The position numbers and the translations under genes are program-made. A DNA stretch of 40,145 bases from Phoronis australis (taxonomy: Eukaryota; Animalia; Phoronida). Location: positions 325,903 to 366,047 of the forward strand of contig NMRA01000092.1 in assembly GCA_002633005.1 (NCBI GenBank). Reading direction: 5' to 3'. The first letter of the stretch is position 1. The number at the start of each line of letters is the position of its first letter. This document shows positions 24,415 to 37,353 of this stretch, piece after piece. The notes under the pieces were generated by a model that was given only the letters and a program-made list of their open reading frames with translations, was not told the origin of the DNA and did not search any database.

Positions 24415-24802
24415 TTACCAGTCCATCCATTTTCGGACAGCTTCACATGCACTGTAAGCCATTCCTCGAGCGTACGGAACGGACGCTGGTGAAAATCGGG
24501 ACGTTGCTTCCGGAAAACCAAGAGAGTCGGGAAGATTAGTAACATTAAACGCCAATCGTCTGGTTTCATCGATTGAAAGTGGTGACGTCAGTGTAAATAT
24601 CATAACATCTCTCCACGGTGATGTTACATCACTCCAAGCAATAGCAGGGTTATAGGCGTCCTCACTCGATTCTTCGTCTATGTCGTGCTTTTGATATTGA
24701 AATCTGAATTGTACTTGATCTGCTTCAACGCACTGCACGATCTCGTCACGCAAATAGGTCTTGGACTTCGTTTCATCAGCAAATACAGAGCTAGACGTAT
24801 CC
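24415..24802 (-). CDS. cAOS-like protein terminal exon 5 (proximal R-x-x-x-Y heme ligand); spliced CDS is 1086 nt, 361 aa
   Basis: tag|...YLRDE...FRFQYQKHD...W...PW...LAFNVTNLPDSLGFPEA...ARGMAYSACEAVRKWMDW*. Confidence 0.88.
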
Positions 24803-25422
24803 CTAAAGGAATAAGGTAGTTTTGAAAGCATTGGGTAATGGTCAACCAATATATCGGCAACTAATATAAAACAATTTCTTTTTAACGTTTTTCGAAAAAA
24901 TGAAGGTAATTCAGGCAATTATTCTCATTTTTAAAATAAGAGTTCATATCCTCACATTCGACAAGGGTTTCGCAAAGTAAACTCAAGTGAAACGGTTCTT
25001 TATAACTAAAATAGATTTCTCATGGAACATAACACGTTCTCCAATTAACTCTGAAGCATTTTCTCTCGAGTCGCAGATTGTTTCGATGCTCTTTTGGTCG
25101 CGGGTAATAGAGTCCTATCACGGAAAGCATTGTTATGACACCTATTCTATGAGAATAAAAGACCCAATCGATTTTTACTTTGCGAGCCAACTTAACAGGG
25201 CGAAATGCAGCATTAAATCTTTGTTGAATTGAAATCTAGTAGTATCGAAAAGTAGGTGAGGGGGGGAGTCGTGTCACAATTCACTTAGTTTTTTTCAGGG
25301 TTCACAACGGCTTCCAAACACGGTTCACGAATGTCAAATCGCCAGTTCACATATGGCAAAAATATCGTTTCTAGGATCACCAAAAAAACTTTCACAAAAT
25401 CTAGAAAGTTGACAAACTTTAC

Positions 25423-25611
25423 CAGATAGAGTACTGCTGCTCGTCACTCAATAACCCCGTCTCTTGTCTTCCGTCCCAAGGGACAACTCGAAACCGCATG
25501 AGTTTCGATGTGCCATCGCTCGACTTGTGTAAGAAAGTCATCTGGGCGAAGTACTTCAGGTCACTGAACGATTCGGGACAACTCCTGTAGCCGTCACATA
25601 TTGCGGATAGA
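25423..25611 (-). CDS. cAOS-like protein exon 4
   Basis: cag|LSAICDGYRSCPESFSDLKYFAQ...DGTSKLMRFRVVP...ETGLLSDEQQYSIW|gtaaag; 189 nt, phase 2-2. Confidence 0.88.
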
Positions 25612-26090
25612 CTGCAAACAAAATTGACAGTCGAATCATACGACCATCTGCCACTCTTCAATTACTGCTAAATAATGAAGTTGGGCGTATAACAAAATCA
25701 AGGTTTTTCACTGAAACGCGACTCGTCTGTTTCTAACAGAAGTGGGGTGACACGTGTGGTCTGAAATTTGTTAAACCAATACTTCTGTTAAAAGTGTTAC
25801 CGTCAACCGTACGGTAAATACTAGTTTCCCGATTTATGTTCAAACTGCGCAGGGATTGACAATGGAGGAGATGGGGAGGCGGATAAAGGGAGGGGAATGG
25901 TAGAGTGCGAACGTCAATTCACCGAATGCGCAGATACTTCATTCAGATGCATGTAGTCCAAACACAGAGTTCAAGTTACCATTGGGTACCTTAGCCATAG
26001 ACTATAGTGCATGATCTATGCTTTAACACGGGGAAGCTGGCAACAGTAATGCCATAACACACAACCTTACAACCTAGCACAACCTCTTAC

Positions 26091-26286
26091 GTGTTTGGTT
26101 TCTCCAGAAGCCATTGTTTGACAGCATCTCTACCACCCATCTTGGCTTTTATAAATTGCAGCATGACGTCTAGGTTGAACAATGGAGCAAACTCTCCTGT
26201 TTCCGTAATGAAATCGACTGGAGCACCACCTTCGTCATCGGTGAGTTTTATGGCCATCGCCTTGAAACCTACGTCACGGTCATCGT
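26091..26286 (-). CDS. cAOS-like protein exon 3
   Basis: cag|DDDRDVGFKAMAIKLTDDEGGAPVDFITETGEFAPLFN...|gtaaga, equivalent to cAOS SIKFAD...PLDIVMNTG; 196 nt, phase 1-2. Confidence 0.88.
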
Positions 26287-27406
26287 CTGCGAATGATTGA
26301 AAAACATTACCTATTTACGTTTAGCCGGGGAGCAGATCACAAGAAGAATGTGACACTTTTAACAGTATGCAACTTCCTCGTTGAATTCGTCAACATGAGT
26401 GGTCAGTTTTAAGCAATGGGTTTTTATAAACAAAGTTGTTTTTGCCTTTTAAGGTAGTGTACGACCTTATCGAAAAGTTTAGCCAAATCTCTACAAAACT
26501 ATAGATTTTAGCTCCGTTAAAGGGTATAAATTTTATAGAAGTAGAAAGCCTGTAGAATTTGATTTTTAACTTTATTCTAATTTTGCATTAATTGGGTCAC
26601 ATGGTCATGTGTGTAACAGAATTTAGTAAAAACGAAAGGTACATTGATAGCAAAACAATTCTTGTTTGATATACATGCTCAACATGAAATCTCAAAACAG
26701 TTTTCTTCTAAATCATCGTTTTGTTATCAACAAGTCCCTCAGGCAAAAGTGGAATATTTTAGGGAGCAGTTTACAAAGCATGACGTCTGAAAGTTCCACA
26801 TGAATGCGATTAGCTTTAAAGATGTATTTGTATACTAATGTATAGGAGGAACTAAACGACAATGCTATTTGAACATCATCAACGCTAAATAAAGTGTAGC
26901 TATATTCATTGAAAACTTGTCAATGTGAAAACAAAAAAGTCTGCAAATAGCTGACCTTTGCACTAATGACGTACTTTGGGGGCTCACATAACACGCACTA
27001 TGCAGTGTTATTTCCCAACACCACGTCACGTTGCTTATTGGACACGGTTAAGTGATTTACGGAGGATCGTTTTCGACACAAACCTTCATTTACATCGTCG
27101 CTATGTGTTGTGTTTTTAAGTAATTTGACTAAGCAATCACAGAGATATTGAATTAGCGTGCAAGTTTCACTTTAATTTCAGCGATATGACGTTCCGAGGC
27201 ATTTTTCCGGGATCCTTCATTACCTAGCTTAGCCTGTCAGTGGTGAATAGAGCAAGAATGAAGTCAAATTTGAAACCAATTCAAATTACGCGACACAAAA
27301 TTCTTTACCCCTTCCTCTGTATTTGTTTGTCTGAGCTTTATTGGTAAAAAAACCCAGCGCGACTAGTCACGCAAACATGACTGTGTTGTGTGCCTAGCTA
27401 GTACTG

Positions 27407-27600
27407 TTCACTACTCGCACGAATTCGCCATTGTGCTCGAAAACGAGGTATTGTGTCCAAACTACAATGGTTCTGCATGTTTAGAGCACGCTCGCTTTCA
27501 CGTTTGTGTTACTAAAATCGATGCTAAAACGAGGCATTGTGTCCTAAAGAACCATGCACAACAATCTTTTTTGCAGCGCCACCACAATGTGTAAGTAGAG
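27407..27600. mobile_element. MITE of about 195 bp, copy 1 (inverted relative to 29790-29985)
   Basis: ttcactactcgcacgaattcgccatt...ctacaatggttctgcatgttt...gatgctaaaacgaggc matches the reverse complement of the 29790 copy. Confidence 0.8.
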
Positions 27601-28420
27601 CGAAGTGTCTCGCATAGCAGGCTTCAGCATTCTTTCATCATTTAAAGCTATATTTTGCTCTACTTAACAGGGTAAAAAAGACAAGTCGAATTTGGCCTTT
27701 TAGTAGTCTTTAGTAGTCCTAGCTGTGATAGGATTCTATGTCCGTTACTATCAAAAACACAGGCAATGCGTTCATGTGCCATTTTCGAATACGCAACTTT
27801 ATGGTTGGCTAATGAACTCTCATAAACTGGTCTCATAATATTCCTTCCCGTTATAGGATTCTATTTCCACTACCAACAAGATCGTCGAAACAATCAGCCA
27901 CTCCAGAAAACGCTTCAGCTACCATGCAGATCATCGAAACAATCAGCAACAGCGCAAGAAAACCCTTCAACATTTATTGGGGTTAGCAAACCCTAAAATT
28001 GCGAATTCAGAAATTCATCATGAAACCTAAACAGCGACGAAATGTTCCTTTAGATGTATTTCGAGGATTTGAATATTTCCATGTACGTGAAAACTAATAT
28101 TACATACTTTTTGGTACACTGTACCATTATCTTCGGACTTCACCAAGTAAGACGAGTTCTTCATCATCAGCCTCGAATTTGGTAAAGCTAACTTAGTCTG
28201 ACCGTGGTTTAATATTTTGTACAAATCCTCGTGCCTTGGTTACATTCCAACTCGTTTAATTGCAAACTGGTGCAGAAAAAAAATGACACGCGAGAATAAA
28301 ACGCGATGTTTTTGCCTGGCTGGGTTTTACAACGGTTTGCCATCTAGAAGTGTAGACCATATACGATTTTGGAATGATTTATAAAGTGAGATTCTACTTT
28401 GACCCTAAGAAGTGTCTTAC

Positions 28421-28646
28421 CTGTGGGTGATGACAGCCGTACATGAAGCGTGAGTATTTTATTTGGCAAGAAATACGAGTCTGCATGCAGTCCACTGTTG
28501 CGCACGACCTGTGCGTGACCCTTAAGCCCAATTCCAACTGGGTGCGGAACACGACCTCTTTTGCCAATTGTTGCAGCAACGAAAAAAGCAGACATCAGGG
28601 ATGTCCTTGTTACTAGATCTGCCTTAGGAAACCATTGAGGCGGTGG
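28421..28646 (-). CDS. cAOS-like protein exon 2 (distal His region)
   Basis: cag|PPPQWF...KRGRVPHPVGIGLKG...LHVRLSSPT|gtaaga, equivalent to cAOS RATHTVGTGG; 226 nt, phase 0-1. Confidence 0.85.
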
Positions 28647-29582
28647 CTGCAAATGATATCAGTTTGGGTCATTGGAGTTTTAAAACAAACATATTCGCCG
28701 TCTTCTACACAAACAATAACAAAGCAGAGTTATCTAACAGATACAATATTGATAAGTTTAATTTCTGCATCGAATTGTTCGCTTGTTTTGAGTGAAATTC
28801 GCTTATGTTTTCAAATGATTTTCTTGTTTATCAAACGCAGTCACAATATCCATTCATATCCCGTCAGAGTATACCCTTTGACACAGCGTCACATATACTG
28901 AAAAGTGCCCCTGTAGAAACATGATGAACAACACACGGAATTCCGAGTGTGTAGGCATCAAGGGGCATTACTTGATCGGAAGTATACCGATTACATCGTC
29001 ACCCCTTGCACGCGCCTTTATGTACTGTAGTTGTTTGGGCTTAAGCCACTGGATAGGGGTTTCCGTGATTTTGGTTTACTTTAATCAATAACCGTTTCAA
29101 TAATATGCAACTATTCAAGTGAAAGGTAGTCGCCATACTACGTAACAGATTTCAACCAATGTAAATGACGTAATGTTATGACGTCGGTTTCATTACTTTA
29201 ACCAATGAGAAGCCATGTTAAACAACATTCGACAGTGCTACCTTTCGTAGTACTGTGAAAGGGTGTAGTCAGAGTAGCCCGCCATTCCGCGTAGCGTCGC
29301 TGATTAGCTGCTAATGCACGTATATAGTCGCTCAAACAGCGACAGTTGGCGCTATTGTATAAACAGCACGGAGGATTCCTGACTACCCCAAATCTGTGCA
29401 TCTAGCGGTGTAATGTTCAAAGGGGGCCTGCTATTACCCCTTCTGAATAACACGCAGAGCTCTGTGACCCTGCAGCTATGGTGATGACCAGCTACTGACC
29501 ATATTCTATGTATCTCTCACTTCACTCTATGGATGTTATCTAAGCTGTATGTTGGCACTTGTTGTCCTAAATTGTTGTAAAT

Positions 29583-29625
29583 ATGATCCTGATGATGTCT
29601 AATGAAAAGACGAAACGTTGAGTTG
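29583..29625 (+). ncRNA. Minimal hammerhead-ribozyme-like motif of the Penelope pseudo-LTR type (possibly decayed)
   Basis: CTGATGA (29589-29595), t, stem GTCT/AGAC around loop aatgaaa, then GAAA-CGTT (palindromic short stem III). Stem I is weak. Confidence 0.55.
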
Positions 29626-29789
29626 AACATGAACTTTTTTGTTTGTGCGGCGATCGTCCGGGTTTTGATCTTATTGTGGTCAAAAACTAATTTAATTAAC
29701 CTTCAAATCTTGTTACTAATATATTTTGCTAAAGTAGCGAATAAGCCAATACTGCACAGTGCTCGGTCATGTTTTGTATAGTTGTACAA

Positions 29790-29985
29790 TTCACTACTTG
29801 CACACTTTGGTGGTGCTACAAAAATAATTGTCGTACATTGTTGTTTAGGACACAACGCCTCGTTTTAGCATCAATTTTAACAACGAAAACATGAAAGCGC
29901 GCGTGTTCCAAACATGCAGAACCATTGTAGCTTGTACACAACATCGCGTTCCCAAACATAATGGCGAATTCGTGCAAGTAGTGAA
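29790..29985. mobile_element. MITE of about 195 bp, copy 2, with perfect 14-bp TIRs
   Basis: ttcactacttgcac ... gtgcaagtagtgaa. Confidence 0.85.
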
Positions 29986-30234
29986 TAGGCTTTGATAGTG
30001 TGGTAAAACGTCCTTTCTTTCACTTAAACTTTTGAAATGACGTTATTACTTCACATCTTTCTTTTTCTCAAACGGATAATAAACTATTTGACAAGAGCAA
30101 CGCAGAGCGTTGAAATGCGCCCACGAATGCACCGAAAATGGAGTGCTTCCAGCGTTGTTTATTTCTTTCATAAAAATAGCCACTAGATGGCTAAAAGACC
30201 TTCCAATCCATCTGGGCCCGGTCTCCAATCTCCG

Positions 30235-30368
30235 TACTCAGACTCATACTCATACTCGAGATTTCATACTCAAAATCGTGCTCACTGGAGTCGTACTCAA
30301 AAAAGCGTATCTAATGTCGTATTTCGAGTAGACTCCAAACGTACTCAAATCTGACACTCATACTCGAG
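30235..30368. repeat. Short-motif repeat cluster (cgtactca / actcatactcgag)
   Basis: Several tactc/gactc motifs; gactcatactc recurs at 30241 and a close variant near 30355. Confidence 0.5.
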
Positions 30369-30654
30369 TTGCTATGGAACTCTTTATGATGTGAAATGCA
30401 AAATCACGCAAAGACGCGCTGATTCACCGCTCCCTATTGGAATAGACAACCCCAGGAACTAGGCCTACATTATCGTCTGCTGTCGCTACAACTACAAGAT
30501 TATGTCTATAACGTGGAATTCTGAGTGTTCTGTAACTGTTATTCATTTTTTAGTTTCAATAAATATTCTTATGTCATTTCTTTGATACATTTGGCAATTA
30601 TTAAGCTTTACTTCTTGAGTTCCTCACCCAGTCCCGAAAATGTCTTAAGAAATN

Positions 30655-31400
30655 GGCTGATCGAGGGGTGGACGCCAATAAACAAGACTCGAAAACAGGA
30701 AAAATGGCCACTAGGTGGCGCAAAGTACCTTGATTCCATCCGAAAGCGGGAGGATAGCATCATCTCACCAATAAATGCCTATATTCCAAACTTTCTGATA
30801 ATCCGTTGAGGGCCTTTGAAAATACAGAGGTAAGCCTAAAAAATGAAAATTGCCACTAAGGGGCATACTGGTAGTCAGATCCGTCCGAAAGTTCTTGTTA
30901 TCTGTTGTCAACATCATATAAATAGGCTTGCTAAATTTAGCAAAGATGCTGCAAACGGTTTAGGAGATACAGCCATGGGCGCAAAAAGAAACAAAACTGC
31001 CACTAGCAGGCGCCACAGTGATCGAAATCCGTCCTCTTCATAGTAAAAACATACATGCCAATTTCCACAATCATCCTTAGAGCGGTTTGGTTGACAGAGG
31101 GGTGGACGCCAAAAAACAGACTCGAAAACAGCACAAATGGCAACTAGGTGGCGCAAACTACGTCGAATCAATCCGAAAACGGGTGGATAGCGTCATCTCA
31201 CTGATATATGCCTATATGCCAAATTTCACGAAAATACTTTAAGGACCTTTGAAGATATAGAGGTATGTGTAAAAACAAAAATTGCCACCGGTCGTCGGAT
31301 CCGTCCGGAAGTTCGCTTGTCGTCCCATCCATGATAGGAATATGTGTGCAAAATTTCATGAATGTACGACAAAGGGTTTTAGAGCGCCCCCCTGTGTTTG
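30655..31400. repeat. Satellite-like repeat with a unit of about 434 bp (three ~145-bp subunits) carrying CTCF-like motifs
   Basis: gaggggtggacgcca...gactcgaaaacag...actaggtggcgcaaa occurs at 30663 and 31097. The array starts right after the N at 30654. Confidence 0.8.
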
Positions 31401-32055
31401 GTGTGTCATCAAACTTTTTCATTGTATAACCTTTATACATGACGAATAAAGTTGTCGATTATTAATTGTTTCGGTGGTTTTATTTGTGACGTATATTTGA
31501 ATGTCAGTGGTTTTGTCGTTGGTAAAATGCAATTCGTCTGCAATAGAAATGGCATATCTTGTCAACATACTCTGTTTTCAAATGCCCGCCCGTCTCAACT
31601 AATAAATCGAGATTTCCACAAACAAAAGTTCCAAAGGTTTGGGTCGGTCGGCCTCAGTTGGATAAGGATAAGGAGGAAACTCACAAGGAGCCCTGAAAAT
31701 TGCTACGTACATGTATGTAACTGTTGACAGCTGGTAAAAGATGAGACGATGTAGATTACGTAACATTGTATATTGTATACTGCGCTGCAGGCATTGTGTA
31801 CAAGAAAATATTAAATGTTCTAAAGGTAGACTAATTTTTTTCAGCGGCGTTCTTGTCTGAAAAATAGCTGAGAAACACTGGGGCAAAACTGTAGTATTAT
31901 AGCTGACGGTGTCTACTTGTACTGTACTCCAAAAATAATTTTTCACAAATGCAGCTTTTCAATCGCACTCCTTAAAATCTCATATTTCTGAGCCATGACA
32001 TTGTGATGGGCACATCAAATAATTGAAATGGTAATTGCATAGGAAAAAATTCTGC

Positions 32056-32745
32056 ATTTTACCTAATAAGGAAGATGACTCAACTTTCAACGTTTGTAAG
32101 GCAGACGCTGTCTGGCGTGAAACAGGGTATAACGTTTATGGTCTTAACGAGGACAAATAACTGACAATATTAATAAAAGCATAGAAATTTTTCAACGATT
32201 CTATGTCTCATACATCATCAGGACAAGTAATTAAGGCCTTCTAGAATCTTGACCCACGAAATATACAGTAGAGCTCTCAGGATGCATCATAGCAGCGAAA
32301 CATCAATGACAACCCTTATGTTTAGAACTTGCATCTGTCAATAGTCCAGATAACATGGTCTGAGGAAAGGACACGCCACAGCATATTTACGTAAATAGTG
32401 TAAATGGGATGCTTTTAATGACAGCAACAAAACATCTATCATTATTAGCGTTAGTCACCTTCGGTGTTTGTTGTCGAGACTAGGGCTCTCGAGTCGTAAC
32501 AATTATACAGACATTGATGATGTGATTGGTTTCATAGACCGACAAATATCGTTGACAGGGCAGCAACATGGTTGTAGATTCATGCACCACAAATGTGCCG
32601 CTAATGACTTGGTGGTGGAACGCGGAGTTGTGAGAATCATTCTTTCTGCTGTCGATCCAGTTGGTGTGGCAATGCGATGCACCTGAAGACGCAATGAGAA
32701 AAATTATCTCGAGATCCTAAGATAGTTAAGTCGGGATCTCGAATT
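32056..32745 (+). mobile_element. Decayed integrase-core DNA transposon fragment (IS3EU-like), copy 1
   Basis: ORF 32468-32686 (LGLSSRNNYTD...GQQHGCRFMH...VVRIILSAVDPVGVAMR) resembles the GYR...LDP.GV..R region that precedes rve-type cores. It ends in attatctcgagatc motifs. Confidence 0.65.
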
Positions 32746-33593
32746 CTCTAGATTACTAGTTAAAAAAAACGAGCGATATCATCTTTGGGCCACCGTACCT
32801 ATGTGTAAGCCACATACGCCTTTTCGCAAAACAGAGACGAGCACGGGATAGTCGCTGCACCTGAAAGTGATGCATTGTCCCATTCAACTGTGCGCAAACA
32901 GTTCAGTGATTGTTTCCTTGATCGAACGCATCATAGGGTCATGGACCTAAAAACGAGCATTTACGTTATTGATGTAATGAACTAAGCAAAATTCGCCAGA
33001 TGTCCCTTAATTTGCTTCAGTGAAAAAATTACAGGAGTTTATTAAAAACTGAGTTGTCCTGGTTGAGGTTAGTTCTATGTTCAACCTGAATTAAGAGCCA
33101 CTTATTCCAGAGTTTACACCCTGATTCTAACATTTACTTACGACCGTTTCTGGCACGTAGTGAACGCAACATCCCATGCAGTGCTACAGGTAAAGGTGAA
33201 ATTGCAAAAATTCAAACAAAAGTAAATAGGGTTAGTGGTTGTGAATCATTCAGTGGTTGTGGATCATTCAATCAGTCAAATCCATGCAATCTATAGTCTT
33301 AGCAATTAGGTATGTAAATTCTTGTATTAACCGGGTATATGTTAACTAAAACTGGCTAGTCGCCAACTGGGCCACTACTTTTCAAATCTTAGGCGCACAG
33401 ACTAAAAGTCAAGGGGCCAAAATTTTTGAAGGATAGTTGCGATAATAACATGAGCCAATGAGCAATGAACAAATGGAGTCAGCCCTAAGTACAAACATTT
33501 ACCTCGAGACATAACAAACAAACAAATTGAAATACTAGCTATATTTCGAGACTGCATGTCTCATTATCAGGCAGAGATAACTGGAATAAACAT

Positions 33594-33815
33594 ATCAAGC
33601 CGTACATTCAAAGCAGACAATCTATCAAGTCTCATGACGAGTTCATTGACATTCTACGCACCTCAACAGCCGTGCCAGAATGCCAACTGATGTCACCTGA
33701 TGATGAATTATTATTTACCAATGTGTCTGTTGCAGAAACCATTGACATTATTATTAGTAATGTATGCCGTCACCCATTTGTAAAATCACATGGTATCTCA
33801 CAAGCTAGGTTACGT
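33594..33815 (+). mobile_element. Penelope-like retroelement reverse-transcriptase fragment
   Basis: IKPYIQSRQSIKSHDEFIDIL...LMSPDDELLFTNVSVAETIDII matches the PLE RT motif SLDVESLFTNVP..ETIDII in degraded form. Confidence 0.8.
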
Positions 33816-33853
33816 GTATCTCGGTGTCTTGCTGCATAGCTGCACTGATACGC

Positions 33854-34002
33854 CGTAAAATGTAACGACTATTACATTTTACGTCATTGTTACATTTTTC
33901 GTTGCTGAGCCTCTCGTAAAATATAACAAGTTGTTACATTTTACGTAGTTGTTACATTTTACGTCGAATGTTGCGAGAAATGTACCATTGTTACATTTTA
34001 CA
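33854..34002. repeat. Array of gttacattttacg motifs in both orientations (subterminal repeats of a DNA transposon)
   Basis: cgtaaaatgtaac and ttacattttac repeat at least six times. Confidence 0.65.
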
Positions 34003-34378
34003 AAACCAACGTCATATCACAAAGTAAATAACAGGTGGTGTCTGACATTGGAACTGGCTGGGTTTACTAGAGTGTTTTTGGACGAGGGAGGCCACCCGAA
34101 AATTTTGGATATCTACCCGTTTAGAGAGACAGTGGGATCGGGCAAAAAGTGAAACATTTATAGATTAATTTTGTGTAAAAATTCACATTTTTGCACAGTT
34201 CTGTTCCAGAAATTCAGAAAAGGTGGCCTTTTAAGTCGTATATTATCAAAAATAACACCATATTGGAGAGTATATTTTGCTGTGAAAAAATGAAAAAACA
34301 CCCTTTTGGACGGCACTTGTCGTATACCTCTTATATAGGAATGCCCTCCGGGCTGACACGACATGAATCTGGCTACCC

Positions 34379-34510
34379 ATTATCATTTTTACTATTACTA
34401 CAACTGCTGTTATTACTACCAGTACTAATATTACTAGTATTACAACTTCCGCTATTATTACTCGTTGTCGGTATCGTTATAATTTTATTATTATCATTAT
34501 TATTATTATT
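34379..34510. repeat. Degenerate (TAT/TAC)n microsatellite
   Basis: tactattacta...tattattatcattattattatt. Confidence 0.85.
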
Positions 34511-35239
34511 TTTGAATTTATTTAACGAGAATACAGTGCAGTATATGTAATAAATGTTTTAGAAAAGTGCTAATACATCATGATTCTCAAAGATTTTAAA
34601 ATCATGTCATTTATGATTCATTGTTTTCACCGGACTTCTCATAATGGACAGAGAGTGCTATTTCAAAAGGATTTAAAGGGGTTCAGCCTAAACGATATTG
34701 TGAGAAACGTCTTGACAGCTGTGGCTGTAGAGTAGGTCTACATTTGGAAACGAGGAAGTTGAGATATAAAATCTTGTTTAGACGTGCGCCATTTCAAAAA
34801 TTGGTTATTTCTGAACTATAGTTAAGCACGGTATTGTTTGTAAATATAACATGTCCTTTCAGAGTGGCAAAATATTTCCCCAGCTAGGCCTCCCATTTTT
34901 AGTTATACACGTCACGATTTGATCTGTTGTTACCACCACTATTTCAGACAGGTTTGACATCATAGGAACAATGATATTTCTTTCAGTTTTTAAAGTTGTT
35001 TAAAACACGTTACTATGCAGCCACTTTTTCAAACGTTTGGCTCGCCCTCCTCAAAGGCGATCTTTTGCTGTTGCACTGGTAAAATCTGTCAACCTGGCCT
35101 CAAATAAATACGTGATTTTATTTCCTTCCACCACAATATCTTTAAACTAAGGTGATAGACAGAACTCGTCGGCATTAGAAACTTTGTTCTTGCTCTTTTT
35201 GTGTAGAGCATTAGCGATGGCTCCAAGGTACATAAAACA

Positions 35240-35335
35240 CTGGCTAAAATAAATCAAACTACCGAGGACTAAAACGGGTGTTTATTCTGGCTGAAATAAA
35301 TCAAACTATCGTAGTCTAAAACGGGTGTTTATTCT
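35240..35335. repeat. 47-bp tandem duplication
   Basis: ctggct(a/g)aaataaatcaaacta...ctaaaacgggtgtttatt occurs twice. Confidence 0.85.
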
Positions 35336-37353
35336 ATCGAATTCTCTGTGAAAAATTTTTTATTGTAGTTTGTTCCTGAAGAAATACGATGAACATTAGC
35401 CAAAATACGATGTCATTGTTTCTGTTGTGCTTACCAAAGGAAGGGTGTTTACTATAATGCCGCATACACAATTGGTTTAGGACCTGTGAGCGCCAACAAA
35501 AGATTGCAAGAACGTTTTAACAATTAAAACTTGTTACCTAATCATGGAAACTCATTTTGTCTCTACTCCATTTTCTAAGACCTTTGTCTTTACAGGGTAG
35601 AAATCTTTTAAATCATTGAAATTATTTCCCTAATGCCTTAATTAGTCATTTAAATACCTCTGGTTCATTTAATTTTTACATTACTATTGCACGCTGTTAT
35701 TTTTCGCATTTTGGTAACACTCTTGGTTTTTAGAATCAAAAAATATATCTAAACCAGTCAGATATGCGAAATGATAATTACTTATGAACTAATTTATTTA
35801 TCTTTTGCTTCTTGTATTATCACCAAGAACTGACAAAGGGCTTTCTAATGATTTGGCTCGGATGCAATTCAGTTGAAAGAGGGCGCAATTGCGAACAATT
35901 TTAATGACAGTAAATTCTATAGCAGATACTTACACCGTAACAACTCTCACGCATGCGCAACCTCAACTGCGGCGAAATCGAAGTTGGCGTTCTAGGGCTA
36001 GAGTAAGGTCTCCCTGTACAGTTGGACTGCAGCGGCAGTCACTTTGCCCGTAGGAATCGGTGGCCCGGGGGAGGCGTGCCTCCCAAAGTTTTGCAGGCGT
36101 CAGGGTTAAACCGTGGCAACCGACATAGGCGTGAGTCAGGGGACAGTCGAGAAAAGAAAGACTGCGAATACGCATGAGAGGAAATTCAAGAGAAGATTTG
36201 ACAACTCAGTATCAGTGCATGGTCTACCCTTTGAGGGACCTGCCAGGATCTTGTTGTTAGGTCGGGTCTCCGTTTTTGCAGCATAGGTCGTCTAAACGCA
36301 ATTGAACACGTGTTCTTCAGAGGCCCCTCTCTGGCAAAGAATAACGGAGACAGCTGTTGCTCTATTTTTCGTTTTTTCTCGAAATTGTATATCACTTGAG
36401 AAAATTTGATGACCTGATAGATAATATCTATTGCTGCGCATTTCCTGATCTTTCATATTTGGGGGCCCAGCCCTGGAAGGTAGCCATTGGCGACATTCAA
36501 GTGGCCACACTTTTCGTGTTTTTATTGACAAATTTTTAAGGGGCCGCTCACGGAATGATGGCTAAATGTTGGAATCGATTTCCTCTATTTTCCCGGTTTT
36601 TTTGTGAAATCGTACCGGCTTTCGTGTTTAGGAAGGTCACTTCCTGCAGGGTCACACGTCCATGGAATGAACTATCAGTCTTTTCCAAGCTTAATGATGT
36701 TTAGCCTTTCATCTATGGCATCCCGTTTCAGACGAGACGCTCTCTCGGTGGGTCGGTTTCGGGGTAATTGTTCCTTTGTCCTTCTATACATGTAAATGTG
36801 ACACTGGCAAGTATTCACGAGGGCAAGATGAGATTTCAAAATCATCAAAACACAAAACATTCGTGCACAGGCCAGCAGTATTAAGACATTCGACTCAAAC
36901 AACCAAAAATGTGAAAAATACAATGGGATTGACCGCCATCGAAAAGGTAGAATTTTGAAGAACGTGAAGACCACGATTTAAGAATTACATAAAATTATTA
37001 TTTCCGATGGTTAGTTATAAAGTAATGTTACCTTTTCCCACAGGGGGGTTGGGGGTAGAGGTGGCGGTGGCGATAGGTAAGGGGGGGGGGGTAATTGGCG
37101 AAATCGTATTGGTTAATTGTGCACCCCAATAACTTTTGTCTTCCTGCGGGCCTGAATATTAATGAAGTAGACCAGGTTTGGCGACAGTTTTGAGGTATAC
37201 TTTACACGTAGGTTCTGTGAATCTGGTTTGCTTATGTTTGTGAACACGTGAATGAGAAGTCCATTAGTTCGACTGTACTTACACCTTTCTTCAAAATGGC
37301 TGTCCCTTTGTAGCATTGTTGCTCAGCGACCAAAGAATTTACTACCATATCGG

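Noticed and set aside
34191-34550. ORF with a long Leu-rich, transmembrane-like tract
   Set aside because: It is an artefact of the (TAT/TAC)n microsatellite.
36098-36112. TAACCCT as a telomerase RNA template
   Set aside because: It covers only about one repeat and no other telomerase RNA elements are supportable.
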